Shown here: one piece after another, positions 42,271 to 54,723 of the stretch | Layout of the letters: each line of letters starts with the position of its first letter | Position numbering within the stretch: position 1 is the first letter of the stretch | Assembly (NCBI RefSeq): GCF_018977255.1 | Contig: NW_024704743.1 | Coordinates: 101,186,001-101,250,000 of the forward strand | Origin: Callorhinchus milii | Lineage: Eukaryota | DNA length: 64,000 bases | Reading direction: 5' to 3' | Notes under the pieces: generated by a model | Databases searched by the model: none | Told to the model about the DNA's origin: nothing | What the model saw: only the letters and a program-made list of their open reading frames with translations | Position numbers and translations under genes: made by a program

Positions 42271-44574
42271 AAAGAAAGTTGCAGGTCCATCTGTCTTGAA
42301 ATATGGATGTTTTAAAACAGTGCCCCTTGTTATAAGGGTCACCTGCTGAAGAAAATAAGGTTACATTCTTTATTGTTATTGAATGAAAAACTTAATCTGA
42401 CACAATTATTACATATGCACTTACTGTACTAGCTATTACTGCTATGACACTATAAAACATGCCCAAAGTGGCTTTACAGATTACCTGAAAAATATCCAGG
42501 TGCAGCAGATAGATTTTCACCAAACCAGAATAAAAGGTCAGCAGTTGTAGTTCATTTTTCTGTAGTCGTACGTATCCAGCCAGACTTTGAGTGCATTTTA
42601 GTACAAATCAGTTGTTCCATTTAACTGAACACATTGGAAAGTTCCATCTGTGACGTGGCCTGGGTTTGTGCACACTGGAGTATTTTTCAATTCATTCGTC
42701 TTTTATCGCGAACATTTTGTTTTCCTCCTGTGTAGTCCGTTGTCGTTGCTCATCATATTTTTGTTTGTAAAGAGCAAATTAAGAGCACAATTGCTTTTGC
42801 CCTTTTTACAATCTGCTTGTGCCGTGACATCGTTCAGGGTTACGGTAACTTTTGTGATCTTTTGGACATCAATTTGAGAAAGAAATTAGTCCTTTTCTGT
42901 TTTTTTTGTTTCCCATAGCCTTGATGCTGTGCTTCAAAAACATCCCAGGGATTCAGTGCTGGCGAAATTTGAAATGATGATCACATTGAATAGTTATTAT
43001 GTGTAGGATTTAGGCTGCAAGCAGGCTGGATGTCGCATGGAAATCCAACGTTCATTCAGCATTTCTGTAATAGTACTTTCTCTCTCCACTCACCTGCTTA
43101 TTTTTGGTGGTGGGAGGGAGGTCACCAGTGCATTGCAGGCTCAATAGATCAATACAGATTTGCATATAAATGTGAAATGAACAGCTTGTCACTAATGAAT
43201 TTTACCTTTTTCTCAGATTTCACAAGTAAATACTGCCTTGGAGGCACAAAATGTACATTTTTCAAATTATCATCTGAAGAGCATAAAAATGTAAATTGAA
43301 GTTGATGTTCAAATATGTGGTTCAGGCATACTTGAGATCCATCAACCATTAACTTGCTCAGGGAATGCTAGTATAGTGCAATGCTTTTTCAGCAGTGCAT
43401 TTCCATAAATGTCTTTGTTCTTCTGGACAATTGCATCACGTTCAGGATATTTCACGGACTATTTAAAAGAGGGATAAGCAGTGAAACTAAATTTCTGTAG
43501 CACATGATTATTTTTAGAAAAAAAGTTCAGAAGCTGAACAATTCTGAGCCATAGCAGGACAAAGACAGGACCGCTACAATACTGCAGCTTCAAAAAAAAT
43601 CTTGCAGGCAATCTGCTCCTTCAAAATGGGTTGTCCTTGTCTTGGCCATTTCTGTAATTTCATGCATATAGACTTTTTAAAATTAAGTACTGATGTATGA
43701 TTGTTGCTCAGAATCTAACTATAAGGACAACGCTATGATGACATTTCCCTCCCTTATGCTTACTCATTCAAGAAGAAAAGTACGTTTTTTTGTTGCAGTT
43801 TGCAATTACTATTGACTTTGCCCATGACTTTCAGATTGTTAAATATCTTGCACTGAGCCCGAATCTCGCTTCATAATTGAATTTACAGCTGTACAGATTT
43901 TATGCTTGTCTGCAATGAAACGGGAAGTACATTTAAGAGGGAGACATGCACGCAGTTGATTGCTTTTAAAAAAAATATTAAAGGCCTCCCTGTATAATTA
44001 ATCAAGCTCAATACGTTAGAAGCATGCAGCATTTTGTAGTTAAAACAAAGTAACACTGAGAGGGACTCCTGTTGTTATCATTCAACCTAATCCATCAGCT
44101 GAATCACCTTATCTTTAACTGGGAAAGGGTACAGTATCAGATTTTGAAGTAGAATTACAACATGATTTTACCTGGAAGAAAAAGTTTATAAAAGGGCAAT
44201 TTGCACAAACCCTGATAGCTTTCCTATTTTAAAACAAAATACTGTACAGCTCTGCCTGCATTATTGGGAAACAAATACCTTGAGCTTGCCCTGCCAGAAG
44301 TTGAACACTGCAGGGAGGTTGTTCAGGTGTTTAGCAGAGGCTGAGAAGCAGAGATAGAGCGAGACAGAAAGATGTTGAGACGGGTTCGACACTTTAGTCG
44401 GAAAGCTGGATCTTCTGCTTCGACGCTGCAGTGCGTCACTTCTCACTTCTGGCTTTACGTATGGACTGAACTGTAGACACATCTGTTAGAGACTACTACG
44501 CTTCTCCAGAGGTCAGATCTGTTACTGAGGTCAGGACTCCCACACGAACGAAGCTGCTGGGTAAATTTTACACT

Positions 44575-44820
44575 CAGAAGGAAACTCCAAACTGCTGTAG
44601 CTTTATAGTCAGCTAAGCATTTGAAACATGCACTACCAGGCAACCAAGCTCTCCAGTCTCGCTCCCTCCCTGACCATATTTAGTCAACCATAGCAAAAAA
44701 TAGCTTTTCAGCTGTCGATTGTCGATCCAAGAGCACAGTGAGTTTCATCGTGTGCTCTGCCTTTTGATTGCTCATCCTGAAGAACCTGACTAGGCTGTGC
44801 CATTTCGCTGCTATTTTTAG
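44575..44820 (-). promoter_or_regulatory. Candidate muscle promoter of the miR-1/miR-133a primary transcript
   Basis: Perfect MEF2 site CTATTTTTAG 44811-44820, E-box CAGCTG 44709-44714, MEF2-like CAAAAAATAG 44694-44703, CArG-like CCATATTTAG 44674-44683, minus-strand TATAAAG 44607-44601; TATA box points toward miR-1, ~2.3 kb away. Confidence 0.6.
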
Positions 44821-47731
44821 TTGAGCCGAATAAAGCAGTCTCTCATGTTTCTACTAATATTTCCTGGATTTTCACTGTTCCTGTGCTGCACATGGTACAG
44901 TCTGATGCAATCCGCACTATACTTAGAAGCACTGCAGAGGATATTTATACTAGAAACAAGGGAAAGTGTCAGCAGTGAGAAAGTGGGAAAAATTCACTAC
45001 CAAGAGATTGTGTAACATGATATTTTGATAATTGTGAAGTAATACAAAAAACTGAATTATAAATGTTGTCTGGTCCAGAAGTACTGTAATGTGCATTCTG
45101 GAAGGTACAATCTGTTTGCTGCACAAGTTTTTAAAAAATTCTGAAATAAGCGGAGTAGAATAATTGGACTTCTTCGGTGCACTGTTGCCGTTGTGGGATT
45201 CACAGTTGCTTGTTCAACAATTGCTGTGAAAATCTTCCAAGAGGAACATGCTGCTTTTCGGTGTTCGTACATAAATCGTCTAGATTATAATGAGTATTTT
45301 ACTTTTGAAGCCTGGAGATAATTGTAAAAACCTTGCATCAGATGTGGATTTGTCAAAACTTTCTTTATTAATTGAAAATCAGACTCCCCTTGAAGTATGT
45401 GCAATAGTCTATAGCAGAGGTGAAAAACAATTTAAATCTGTGCTGAAGGTCAAACTTATAATGTGATCGTTCCAGTTATCTGCTGCTGTCTTGCAGTGAC
45501 TGGTGTAGAAAGAAACCAAAGCAAATTATGTGTGAGTTCTTTCAGATTGTATGTAAAACATCCAGAGTCATGATGGCCAGGCCAGCCCAGATATGCTTGT
45601 CCATTTTACTATAGAAAAAAAAGGCAACCCTGCAAAAGGAAGTCAAGTGATCAATATAGACACCACTCAACAGTCTGGAAGTAAAACCGTTTATGGTGCA
45701 GTATTTCTAGAATCGCACTGCAGCTAAAGGGAGGGGGGGTAGGGGAGGACGCTGAAGCAAAAGAAAAGCTATCCTAGACCAATAAGAAGTAAACAATTTG
45801 GTAAGCAAAAACATGCTGTAACTATGCAATATTCAGTTTGTAGCCAAAATAATTTACATCTTGTAATTTCTCCTTGAACTGTGGGTTAACATTGATTTGC
45901 TGCTCTGTACTTGTATAACACGTAGGGCTGATTTTCCACAATAATTTTATTTATATTCATATTATATACACATTTCTTCATAATATATATAAAAAATATG
46001 TTTATTCTATCTGACACACACGCTTAACAGATTAAAATTGGCTATAGTAGAAGTAATTTATGGCAAATATTTTTATAACAAGATTTGGGATAAGTGCTTC
46101 TCTGGTTTCTGTTAATTGACATTAAAGATATACAAAATGCACAGTCAATCCACTTTGCAGTATATCCTGTGAAACGTTTGAGACGTCTCGACGATGTGAA
46201 AGACGCTATATCAAACGCTATTATTATTTTACAAATTTACAAATAAAGCAATGGTGTATTTTTCAACCTGTAAAAAATATGTAAATGCTCCGTGATTTAC
46301 AACCACCCCATGCAACTATAACTGCTCTATGATTCGGCAAAGCAAACTAATATACATGCTGTTAGTCTTGTAAAATGCTTGCCAATTGCACAAAATAGCT
46401 TAAAGTTCTTTCGTGAACAATTAACTTAAATCATCTGAATAGCCCTTCTCTATCTTTTCTACCTTTTTGAAAAAAGAAACGAGCACAGTTCGATACCTGA
46501 GCATCATATCGTTGCACACGCAACCCCTGCATTCTAATCACAGCTGCAGAAAGAATCCTCCCTTGATCTTCTTTAGTAGAGTCAATTCTGTATAAAAATC
46601 CACTTCTGATTCCAGTTGCACTGATGGCATGTGCTGGTATCTGACATCATTATGACTCACGTTTCACTTAATAATTTGACCTCCAAAGAATTTTAAACTT
46701 AATGACACCTTAAATTTAATATTTGTAATCTAAGGTGACAAATGTTCACCAAAGGAGAGTTGAATATGGTATTTATTATGTCGAATGATGTACACGGCTT
46801 ACTTTAGATGTGATGCTCGTGTGATATTGGGTGCCTCTTGCATGTGGAATAAATATCATTTTAACAGCAGCAAGTATTTCATGCTCTTTTTTAGTAATGT
46901 TTAAATTATAGTTTGCACTATGTTGAGTAATTGTGCAGTTTTGATAGTTTGGGTACTGTTTTTAGATAAAAACAGCTCCAATTGCACCTAACAAAAGTGA
47001 CTTCCATATTAAAAAAAATTGGACTTTCGTGAATGTCAACCTTGAACTGTAATCCATTTTAGATTTAGCAATATTATATAGAATATTCAGTGTTTTGTGC
47101 TACAACTTTCATATTATTAAACCTTTGAAATATTCTGTTTGATTCGGTAATTTATTTTCCTGATTTTGTCAAAGGAATGAATGATTGACACTTTAATGTT
47201 GCTCCATGAATCAAGCATGTTGAGAGTCGGTATCCTTTTCACAAACTTCTACCATGTTTAATAAATGACATGTTAACTGTAAATAGAAACACTAAAGAAA
47301 GTTGCATTATTGGAAGTATTACAGTGTTCTTGGCTTCAAGAAATGGGGAGAAAAAAATGTAGTTGAAGCTATCACATGAGGGTTTACACGGTTTTCAGAT
47401 AAGAACATTTTTTTTCAATAAAGCAGAAGCACCTAATCGTCCTAAAGTGCTTATGTTTAGGAACTGGTCTACAATTGGGATAAAATAACAAATAGACCTA
47501 AAATAACAAGTAAGTTAATCGCTTTAAATTTCTGATATGAATTTTATAGTGTACTGCCTTGTGAAATCTAAGTTTATCAAAGTAAACTTTATTAGTTTGG
47601 CATTTATGCATCTTAAAGAATTGCGTGCTTTAGTATGGGAAAATCTAACCTGAAGAAATAAGTTTCCTTATTTTTTCAAAAAAGATTAGAGGCCTACAAA
47701 AAAATGAGAAAAAATAAATAACTTGATCATT

Positions 47732-47928
47732 CCAAAACCCAAAATACTGTAGATGCTGGAAATCTGAAAACAAAAACAGAAGTCGCTGGGAACACTCAGC
47801 AGTCAGGCAACATCTATGGAGAAAGGAAAGTGAATCAATGTTTCGGGTCTACGACCCTTCGTCAGAACTTTCCTTTCTCCATAGATGCTGCCTGACCTGC
47901 TGAGTGTTCCCAGTGACTTCCGTTCTTG
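47732..47928 (-). mobile_element. Fold-back Penelope-type terminal-repeat element containing a minimal hammerhead ribozyme motif
   Basis: 13-bp TSD TAACTTGATCATT (47719-47731 and 47929-47941); ~62-bp inverted arms; minus-strand CUGACGA-A-GGGUC-GUA-GACCC-GAAAC-AUU. Confidence 0.75.
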
Positions 47929-49081
47929 TAACTTGATCATTAGTTCAGTAGCTTCTCTTCTGTTTCTAGAATTTAAAGATTAAACTGCATAGAAAAGGCC
48001 ATGCAAACAATTTATGGAGGCTTTTGCTTCATAAGCTAGCTATTTTGTGTTTATGATTTGAGCTTGATTTATAGGACATTCTTGTACAGTGAAAGCCACA
48101 ATGTGGAAACTGTTCATGCAAAATGTGCAATGTTCCTCAGTGTCACTTTTACTCAGAACCAAACTCAGTAAGAGCAGCATAAAATATGATGAAAGACTTT
48201 CAGTGGGATAAGTTAGAACTGAATTTCGTAGTTTTACAACTAACATGGAAGTGAAGTGTGGCTGTTTTTTTAATATTTGATTTTTGGGTAATTTGACCTG
48301 AATTTTATTTTTTGTTTTAAATAAAAAAACCTTTCACTGCATTTTTAAAACCTATTCAGCTTTTGTTGCATTTGATTTTCATAACAAATTACATTTGTAT
48401 AGCATCTTTCATTTCGAGAGGATATCTCAAAGCACTCCACAGGATGTACTGTAAAGCATAGTGACAGTGTAATTTTGTAGGTAAAAATACATGTATAATT
48501 GTAATACTGGAAAACTGTAGCACAATACTGGAATTGGCTTCAGTTTTCCAAAGTTCAGGAGGAAAAAAAAATTATGTACTTGATCAATTGGACACAAGCT
48601 GATGTTGGAAGTTCTCACATATGAACATTCAGAGCAAGCAACATCTGTCTCAGCTGCCATGTCCCATACTGTTTGAACTGCCTGCTGATGCTCCCACAGG
48701 AGGCACAATTACAAGGGTGAGGTACCAGAGTCACAGCCACTCAAGGGATTGTGCATCTGTGTTTCAGAGAAGGTATTGCAACAATAAATATTTTCGAGAG
48801 AATTTCAAATGTAACAAATACTTATTTTTTCCTCACAACTCTGATTGATGTTCTAGTACGAACAGTAGAATGAATATACAAGCCAAATTGTAGTCAGACA
48901 TATGTTGATGGACCTGAGATCGATCAGAAATAGTTCTGTGCTTTTATTTGAAATGCGAGTAAAAAATCAATTTATGATGTTGCATGCTGACTTTTACCTA
49001 GAAATATGGCTTAGGGACACAATTTTTCAGCACTGTGCTATCTCTGTTTTTGTTACCATCTTCCCATATTGCTCACTGTTT

Positions 49082-51130
49082 TCATAGATTCATACAGCAC
49101 AGAAAGAGGCCATTCGGCCCATCGTGTTTGCGCCAGCTCCGAAACGAGCAATCCAACTCAATCCCACTGGCCCGCTTTCTCTCCATAGCCCTGCAGTCTT
49201 GTCCTCCCCAAATACCCATCTACTTCTCTCTTAAAAGTTGTTATTGAATCGGCTTCCACTACCCTTTCAGGTAATGCATTCCAGATCCGAACAACTCGCT
49301 GGGTGAAAAAAATGTTCCTAACCTCCCCTCTGTTTCTTTTAACAACTAACTTAAATCGGTGTCCTCGGGTTATTGATCTATAAGTAAATGGAAACAGTTT
49401 TTTCTGGTTCAACCTATCAAATCCTCTCATGATCTTGAAAACCTCTATTAAATCCACTCTTAACCTTCTCTGCTCTAGAGAGAATAATCCTAGTTTCGCT
49501 AACCTTTCCTCAAAGCTAAGGTCCTTCATTCATGGTACAATCCTGGTAAACCTCCTTTGCACCCTCTCCAATGCCCTAACATCTTTCCTAAAGTGCAGTG
49601 CCCAGAACTGAATGCAGTACTCCAACTGAGGCCTAACCAGCATTTTATAAATATTCAACATAACCTCCTGACTTTTGAATTCTATGCCCCTAATTATAAA
49701 TCCTAGTATCCCGTATGCTTTTTTTAACAGCTTTACCTACCTGTCCTGCCACCTTCAGAGATTTGCTTATGTGGACCCCAAGGTCCCTCTGTTCATTTGC
49801 CCCCTTTAAGATTGTACCATCAGCTTATACTGCCTCTCCTCATTCTTCATACGAAAATGCAACACTTCTTATTTCTCCACATTAAACCACATCTGCACGT
49901 TTCTGCCCATCTTACCAATCTGTCTAAGTCCTCTTGGAGTCTGGTGCTATCTTCACCGTTAACTACTTTGCCTAGCTTAGTATCGTCTGCAAATTTGGAA
50001 ATTGTGCTCCCTATATCCAGGTCCAGATCATTAATATAGATCAGAAAGAGCAGTGGTCGCAATACCGACCCCTGAGGGACACCCCTACGCACCTCTCTCC
50101 AGTCAGAAAAGCAACCGTTTACCACCACTCTCTGCTTTCTGTCTCCAAGCCAGTTCTGGGTCCATGTTGCCAAAGTCCCTTTAATACCGTGGGCTTCTAT
50201 TTTATTTATAAGTCTCTTATGTGGCACTTTGTCAAATGCCTTTTGAAAATAATAATCCTTGCATTTGATATAGCACTTTTCACATCTTCTCGACGTCTCA
50301 AAGTCCTTCACAGAATATGCTGTAAAGTGAAATAACCGTATATTTGTGGGTGAAACGCGGCAGCCAATTGCGCACAGTAGTGTCCCACAAACAGTCGTGG
50401 ATTGATAATGACCAATTTATTATTTATTAGAATTCATTAATTATTTATTATAAATTTATTAAACAAATTTAGATAAACCTCGTCTACTGCACTACCTTCA
50501 TCCACCCTCTCAGTCACTTCGTCAAAAAATTCTATTAGGTTTGTCAGACACGATCTGCCTTTAACAAATCCGTGTTGACTGTCCTTTATTAAACCATATT
50601 TTTCTAACTGAGAATTTATATTGTCCTGGTTTGTAGTCTCCAGAAGTCTCCAGAACATTTGCAACCTTCCAGTCCTTTGGCACCACTCCAGTGTCCAAAG
50701 AGGATTGAAAGATTGTGGCCAGAGCCTCCACTATTTCCACCCTTGCTTCCCTCGGTAACCTACGATGCATCCCGTCCGAACCAGGTAACTTATCTTTGTT
50801 GAGCACCGACAGTCTTTTTAGGACCTCTCTCCGTTGATTTTTATCATATCCAATTTCTGTTCACTCGCCTGCGATATTGTGGCATTGGTTCCATTGCCTT
50901 GAAGACAGTTGCAAAGTACCTATTTAGTACATCAGCCATGCTCTCTGCCTCAAAAAGATTGCCACTTGGGTCCCTAATTGGACGTACCCTACCTTTGACT
51001 AACCTTTTACTCTTGATAATGCTTATAAAATGCCTTAGGGTTCTCTTTTATGTTTCCTGCTAATGTTTTCTCATACAATCTCTTCGCCCCTCTTATTTCC
51101 CTTTTCACTTCTCCTCTGTACTTCCTGTAT
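49082..51130 (-). mobile_element. CR1 LINE (RT domain to 3' end), interrupted by a SINE
   Basis: [65 protein letters not shown]1 3' end at 49082; 5' bound approximate. Confidence 0.92.
50248..50423 (-). mobile_element. 5'-truncated Deu SINE nested in CR1
   Basis: SINE 3' half splits the CR1 RT motif VYL-D/N-F|QKAFD. Confidence 0.85.
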
Positions 51131-51292
51131 TCTATTTTATTGCATAAAGATACATTTGACTTATTTTTATATAAAAGCTGAAGTACCTGAACGTGTTTTT
51201 ATTAAATAAGTAGAATTTTGTTGCCAGGTGGCTAGAGGAAACTTAAATTGGTACCAACCGAATTCAGTTTTAATAATCAGATTTTACTAATA

Positions 51293-51383
51293 CAGTGAAG
51301 CCCTATTATATTGGGTCCAAAGTCAACTATATTGTAAGTGAATTAGCGCTATAGTGAAGCACGTTTATTATAGGGTTGCACTG
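51293..51383. mobile_element. 91-bp Tc1/mariner (pogo/Tigger-like) MITE
   Basis: TIRs CAGTGAAGCCCTATTAT and (reverse complement) CAGTGCAACCCTATAAT, each flanked by TA. Confidence 0.7.
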
Positions 51384-52419
51384 TATTTCATTATTAGCCC
51401 ATCATTGCAATCAACTATTGACAACATATATTCAAAATCTGAGTTATCTGCATTTTGTCTGAAGGTTATTTAACAATCAAAATATTAATAATCCTCGTTT
51501 GATATAGTGCCTTTTTCACTTCAGACGGTTCTATCACCCTTATATGTACACCCACGATATGGCTCGTTCTCCCTTGCAGTGTACTGGGTGGCGTCTGCGT
51601 TCAATCCTCACTAATGAATGCAAGTCCCTATAACTAAGTGTAACTTGATTAATGAGTTCTTCCACGACAACAGGTACTACCAATTGCTATCAAATTTAAA
51701 GCAAATTGGGAAGCTTCAGACAATCAGAGGTTTATTTTAAACATCTGTGACCTAGGCTGAACCTGTTTGTGTATTCCCTCCTTTGATTTATACAGAAAGC
51801 TTGAGAAAGTACTGTGACGTTAGCTGAACAGAATTTTATTGTAACTTCTCTTGTAACCACAACTCTCAGCATTAAATCTTAAACAACACAATAAAATCAA
51901 CAAATACAACTATGAGATAACAAACATAAATCACACTTAAACTATTCATGTTAGCAGCCACTTATAATAAAGTTAATGTAAAAGTGCGCGAAGAACTAAC
52001 CTCTGACTACTACTCATCAATAGTCAGACCATGTATCTTTGTTGTCATCAGGTGGAAAAATAGCAACCATGAGCACATAGCGCTCATTCTTTTATTGGTA
52101 TTGAACCCTTCTCTGAATTAGGGTATTCAGTGGGAATTGTATTGTACCAATTAATTGATGTAATTGGTGCATTTTTATATGGTTCAATCAGATCCTCTCC
52201 TCAATTGCCCAATAGGGGACAAGTACACTTCCAATCCTTGATTTGGATATTGAAATGGCAAGTTACCCACCAAATTGTTGCAATCAGCGGTAGAGTTAGA
52301 CGTGATAGCATCATAAGTATCAAAAACATTAAATACACAAAAATTATATTTAAAGCACTGGTGAATATATTTAAATAACAAACAGGCATAGAAAACAAAA
52401 TGGGTGACTGTGACACACT

Positions 52420-52785
52420 TTGGGAGAAAGTCCCAAAGTGATTCACAGGAATGTACTGTAATGGGCATTGACTGACAGCCAATTTGCGCAGTGCAGTGTC
52501 CCACAAACAGCCATGCAGTGAATAACCAATTTTATATGGGACACCAGGAGAAACTCCATTCTAGTTTTGAATAGTGCCATAGGATCTTTAACACCTATCT
52601 GAACTGAAAAAAGAGACTTAGGTTTAACTTCTCATCTGAAGAACACTGCCTCCAACACTGCAGCACAACCCCATCGCTGCATTTGAGTGTCAGCCTAGGC
52701 TGAATTCAAAGACCCAACATGGGGCTTGAACCCACAACCTTCTGATGAGAGAGGCGAGAGAGCTACCAACTAAATGTGTCTGACA
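52420..52785 (-). mobile_element. Old tRNA-derived Deu-domain SINE
   Basis: CAGCCAATTTGCGCA...GTCCCACAAACAG core and tRNA-like head; similar to 6462-6862. Confidence 0.6.
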
Positions 52786-53309
52786 CACCTCCATATCCAT
52801 TGCAGATTTTACCCACGTGGTTCTTTTAATGGATGAATTGCTATTTTACTAGTAAAAAAAAGTTTTTTTTTTGAAAGACTCCTTTTCAAATTGAGCCATG
52901 GGATCTTTACAACAACAATCAGTTGTCCAAGTGTACACTTGGTTGTCAAGTATACACTTGGTTGTCAACAAAAATCAGTTTTGCTCTGAGAAATATTTCA
53001 TTGTATGCATGTAAAAAATTAAGGTGATTGAAATGATTTGGAATGCCCTGCCAGCAACAGTGAATAATGTGTTTTTGATGGAACACTATCAAAAATAGAA
53101 GAAATGGTGACCATATGTTATAACAATCCTTATATTTGATCTACCTTTTTTCATGTAAGGATATCTCTAGGATTTACTGTGAAATGTAGTGTCTATTTTG
53201 CAGGCAAAAGTCCCCCAAACAACCATAAAGTGAATGACCAATCCTATCTGGGAAGTTTTAGCCAGGATACCATGAGAGACTCCTTTTCAAATTGAGCCAT
53301 GGGATCTTT

Positions 53310-54112
53310 ACAACAACAACAACAACAAGATTTCATTTATAGAGCGCCTTTCACGTCAGGAGGACGTCCCAAGGCGCTGGACAGTTGGGTCAGGACCCAA
53401 GCAGGGAGAAATGGTCAGGGTGAGGGGAGGGAAGGGAGGGAGCGGTCAAAGAGAAAGGTCTTGAGACCGGCCTTGAAGGAGGAAAGGGAGGAAGCGGCGA
53501 AGGCACTGGGGGATGGAGTTCCAGAGTTTAGGGGCTGAGAGGCTGAAGGCCCGGCCACCGATGTTAGGGCGGGGGATGTGGAGCAGACCGGAACAGAGCG
53601 TACGGGCAGGTAAGTAGGGGGATACTAGGTTGGAGAGGTAGTAGGGAGCAAAATGATAATAATAATAATCCTTGCATTTGATATGGCGCTTTTCACGTCG
53701 GGAGGACGTCCCAAAGCGCTTCACAGAACACAAAGTAAAGTGAATTGACTGTATATTTGTGGGCGAACGCGGCAGCCAATTGTGCACAGCAATGTCCCAC
53801 AAACAGTCGTAGATTGAAAATGACCAATTTATTATTGTTTTTTGTTTTGGAGGGATTATTATCAGGCGTGTGGAGTAAGGAAACTTGCCCAAGGTTTCGC
53901 GCTGCCTGGAATTGAACTCAGGTCTCTCACTTGCAAAGCGAGTGCTCTAACCACTGAGTTACAGGACTCCAATGGCCTTGTAAGTGAGGATGAGGATCTT
54001 GACTTCGATCTTCTGGGGGATGGGAAGCCAGTGGAGGCGAGCGAGGGTGGGAGTGATGTTGTCGCGAAGCCTGGTGTGGGACAGTACACCAGCTGCAGAG
54101 TTCTGAATGAAC
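53310..54112 (-). mobile_element. L2 3' fragment interrupted by a full-length SINE
   Basis: (CAA)n tail at 53310; 3' UTR close to the 3918 copy; L2 sequence resumes after 53971. Confidence 0.85.
53656..53971 (-). mobile_element. Young tRNA-Ala/Deu SINE copy nested in L2
   Basis: Reverse complement near-identical to 54404-54723. Confidence 0.9.
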
Positions 54113-54403
54113 TCTAATCTCTAACTCTAATCTCCACGTGAACAGGCAGAGGGGATGGGAGTTTGTGCTTTCAACAATGCTGCTCTCCCCCAACACTGAA
54201 TTGGAGTATTAGCTTAGACTAGGAGTTCCACGTTTCAAACATAGGGTTTGAACCTGCACATTATCTTTTGAGGTGAAGCCAAATGGTTTAATGTGATGTT
54301 TGGTATTTTTCTTCTCGTACTGTATAACTGAGGCAAATGGGAGTCACCAGTAGGACTGGTGCTTTATGCTTATTGAATTTGGAGGTGTTAAACTATTTTC
54401 CTT

Positions 54404-54723
54404 GTGGAGTCCTGTAGCTCAGTGGTTAGAGCACTCGCTTTGCAAGTGAGAGACCTGAGTTCAATTCCAGGCAGGGCGAAACCTTGGGCAAGTTTCCTTA
54501 CTCCACACACCTAATAATAATCCCTCCAAAACAAAAACAATAATAAATTGGTCATTTTCAATCTACGACTGTTTGTGGGACATTGCTGTGCGCAATTGGC
54601 TGCCGCGTTCGCCCACAAATATACAGTCAATTCACTTTACAGTCTATTCTGTGAAGCGCTTTGGGACGTCCTCCCGACGTGAAAAGCGCTATATCAAATG
54701 CAAGGATTATTATTATTATTATT
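54404..54723 (+). mobile_element. Young tRNA-Ala/Deu SINE copy
   Basis: Full head-core-tail structure with (TTA)n tail. Confidence 0.9.
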
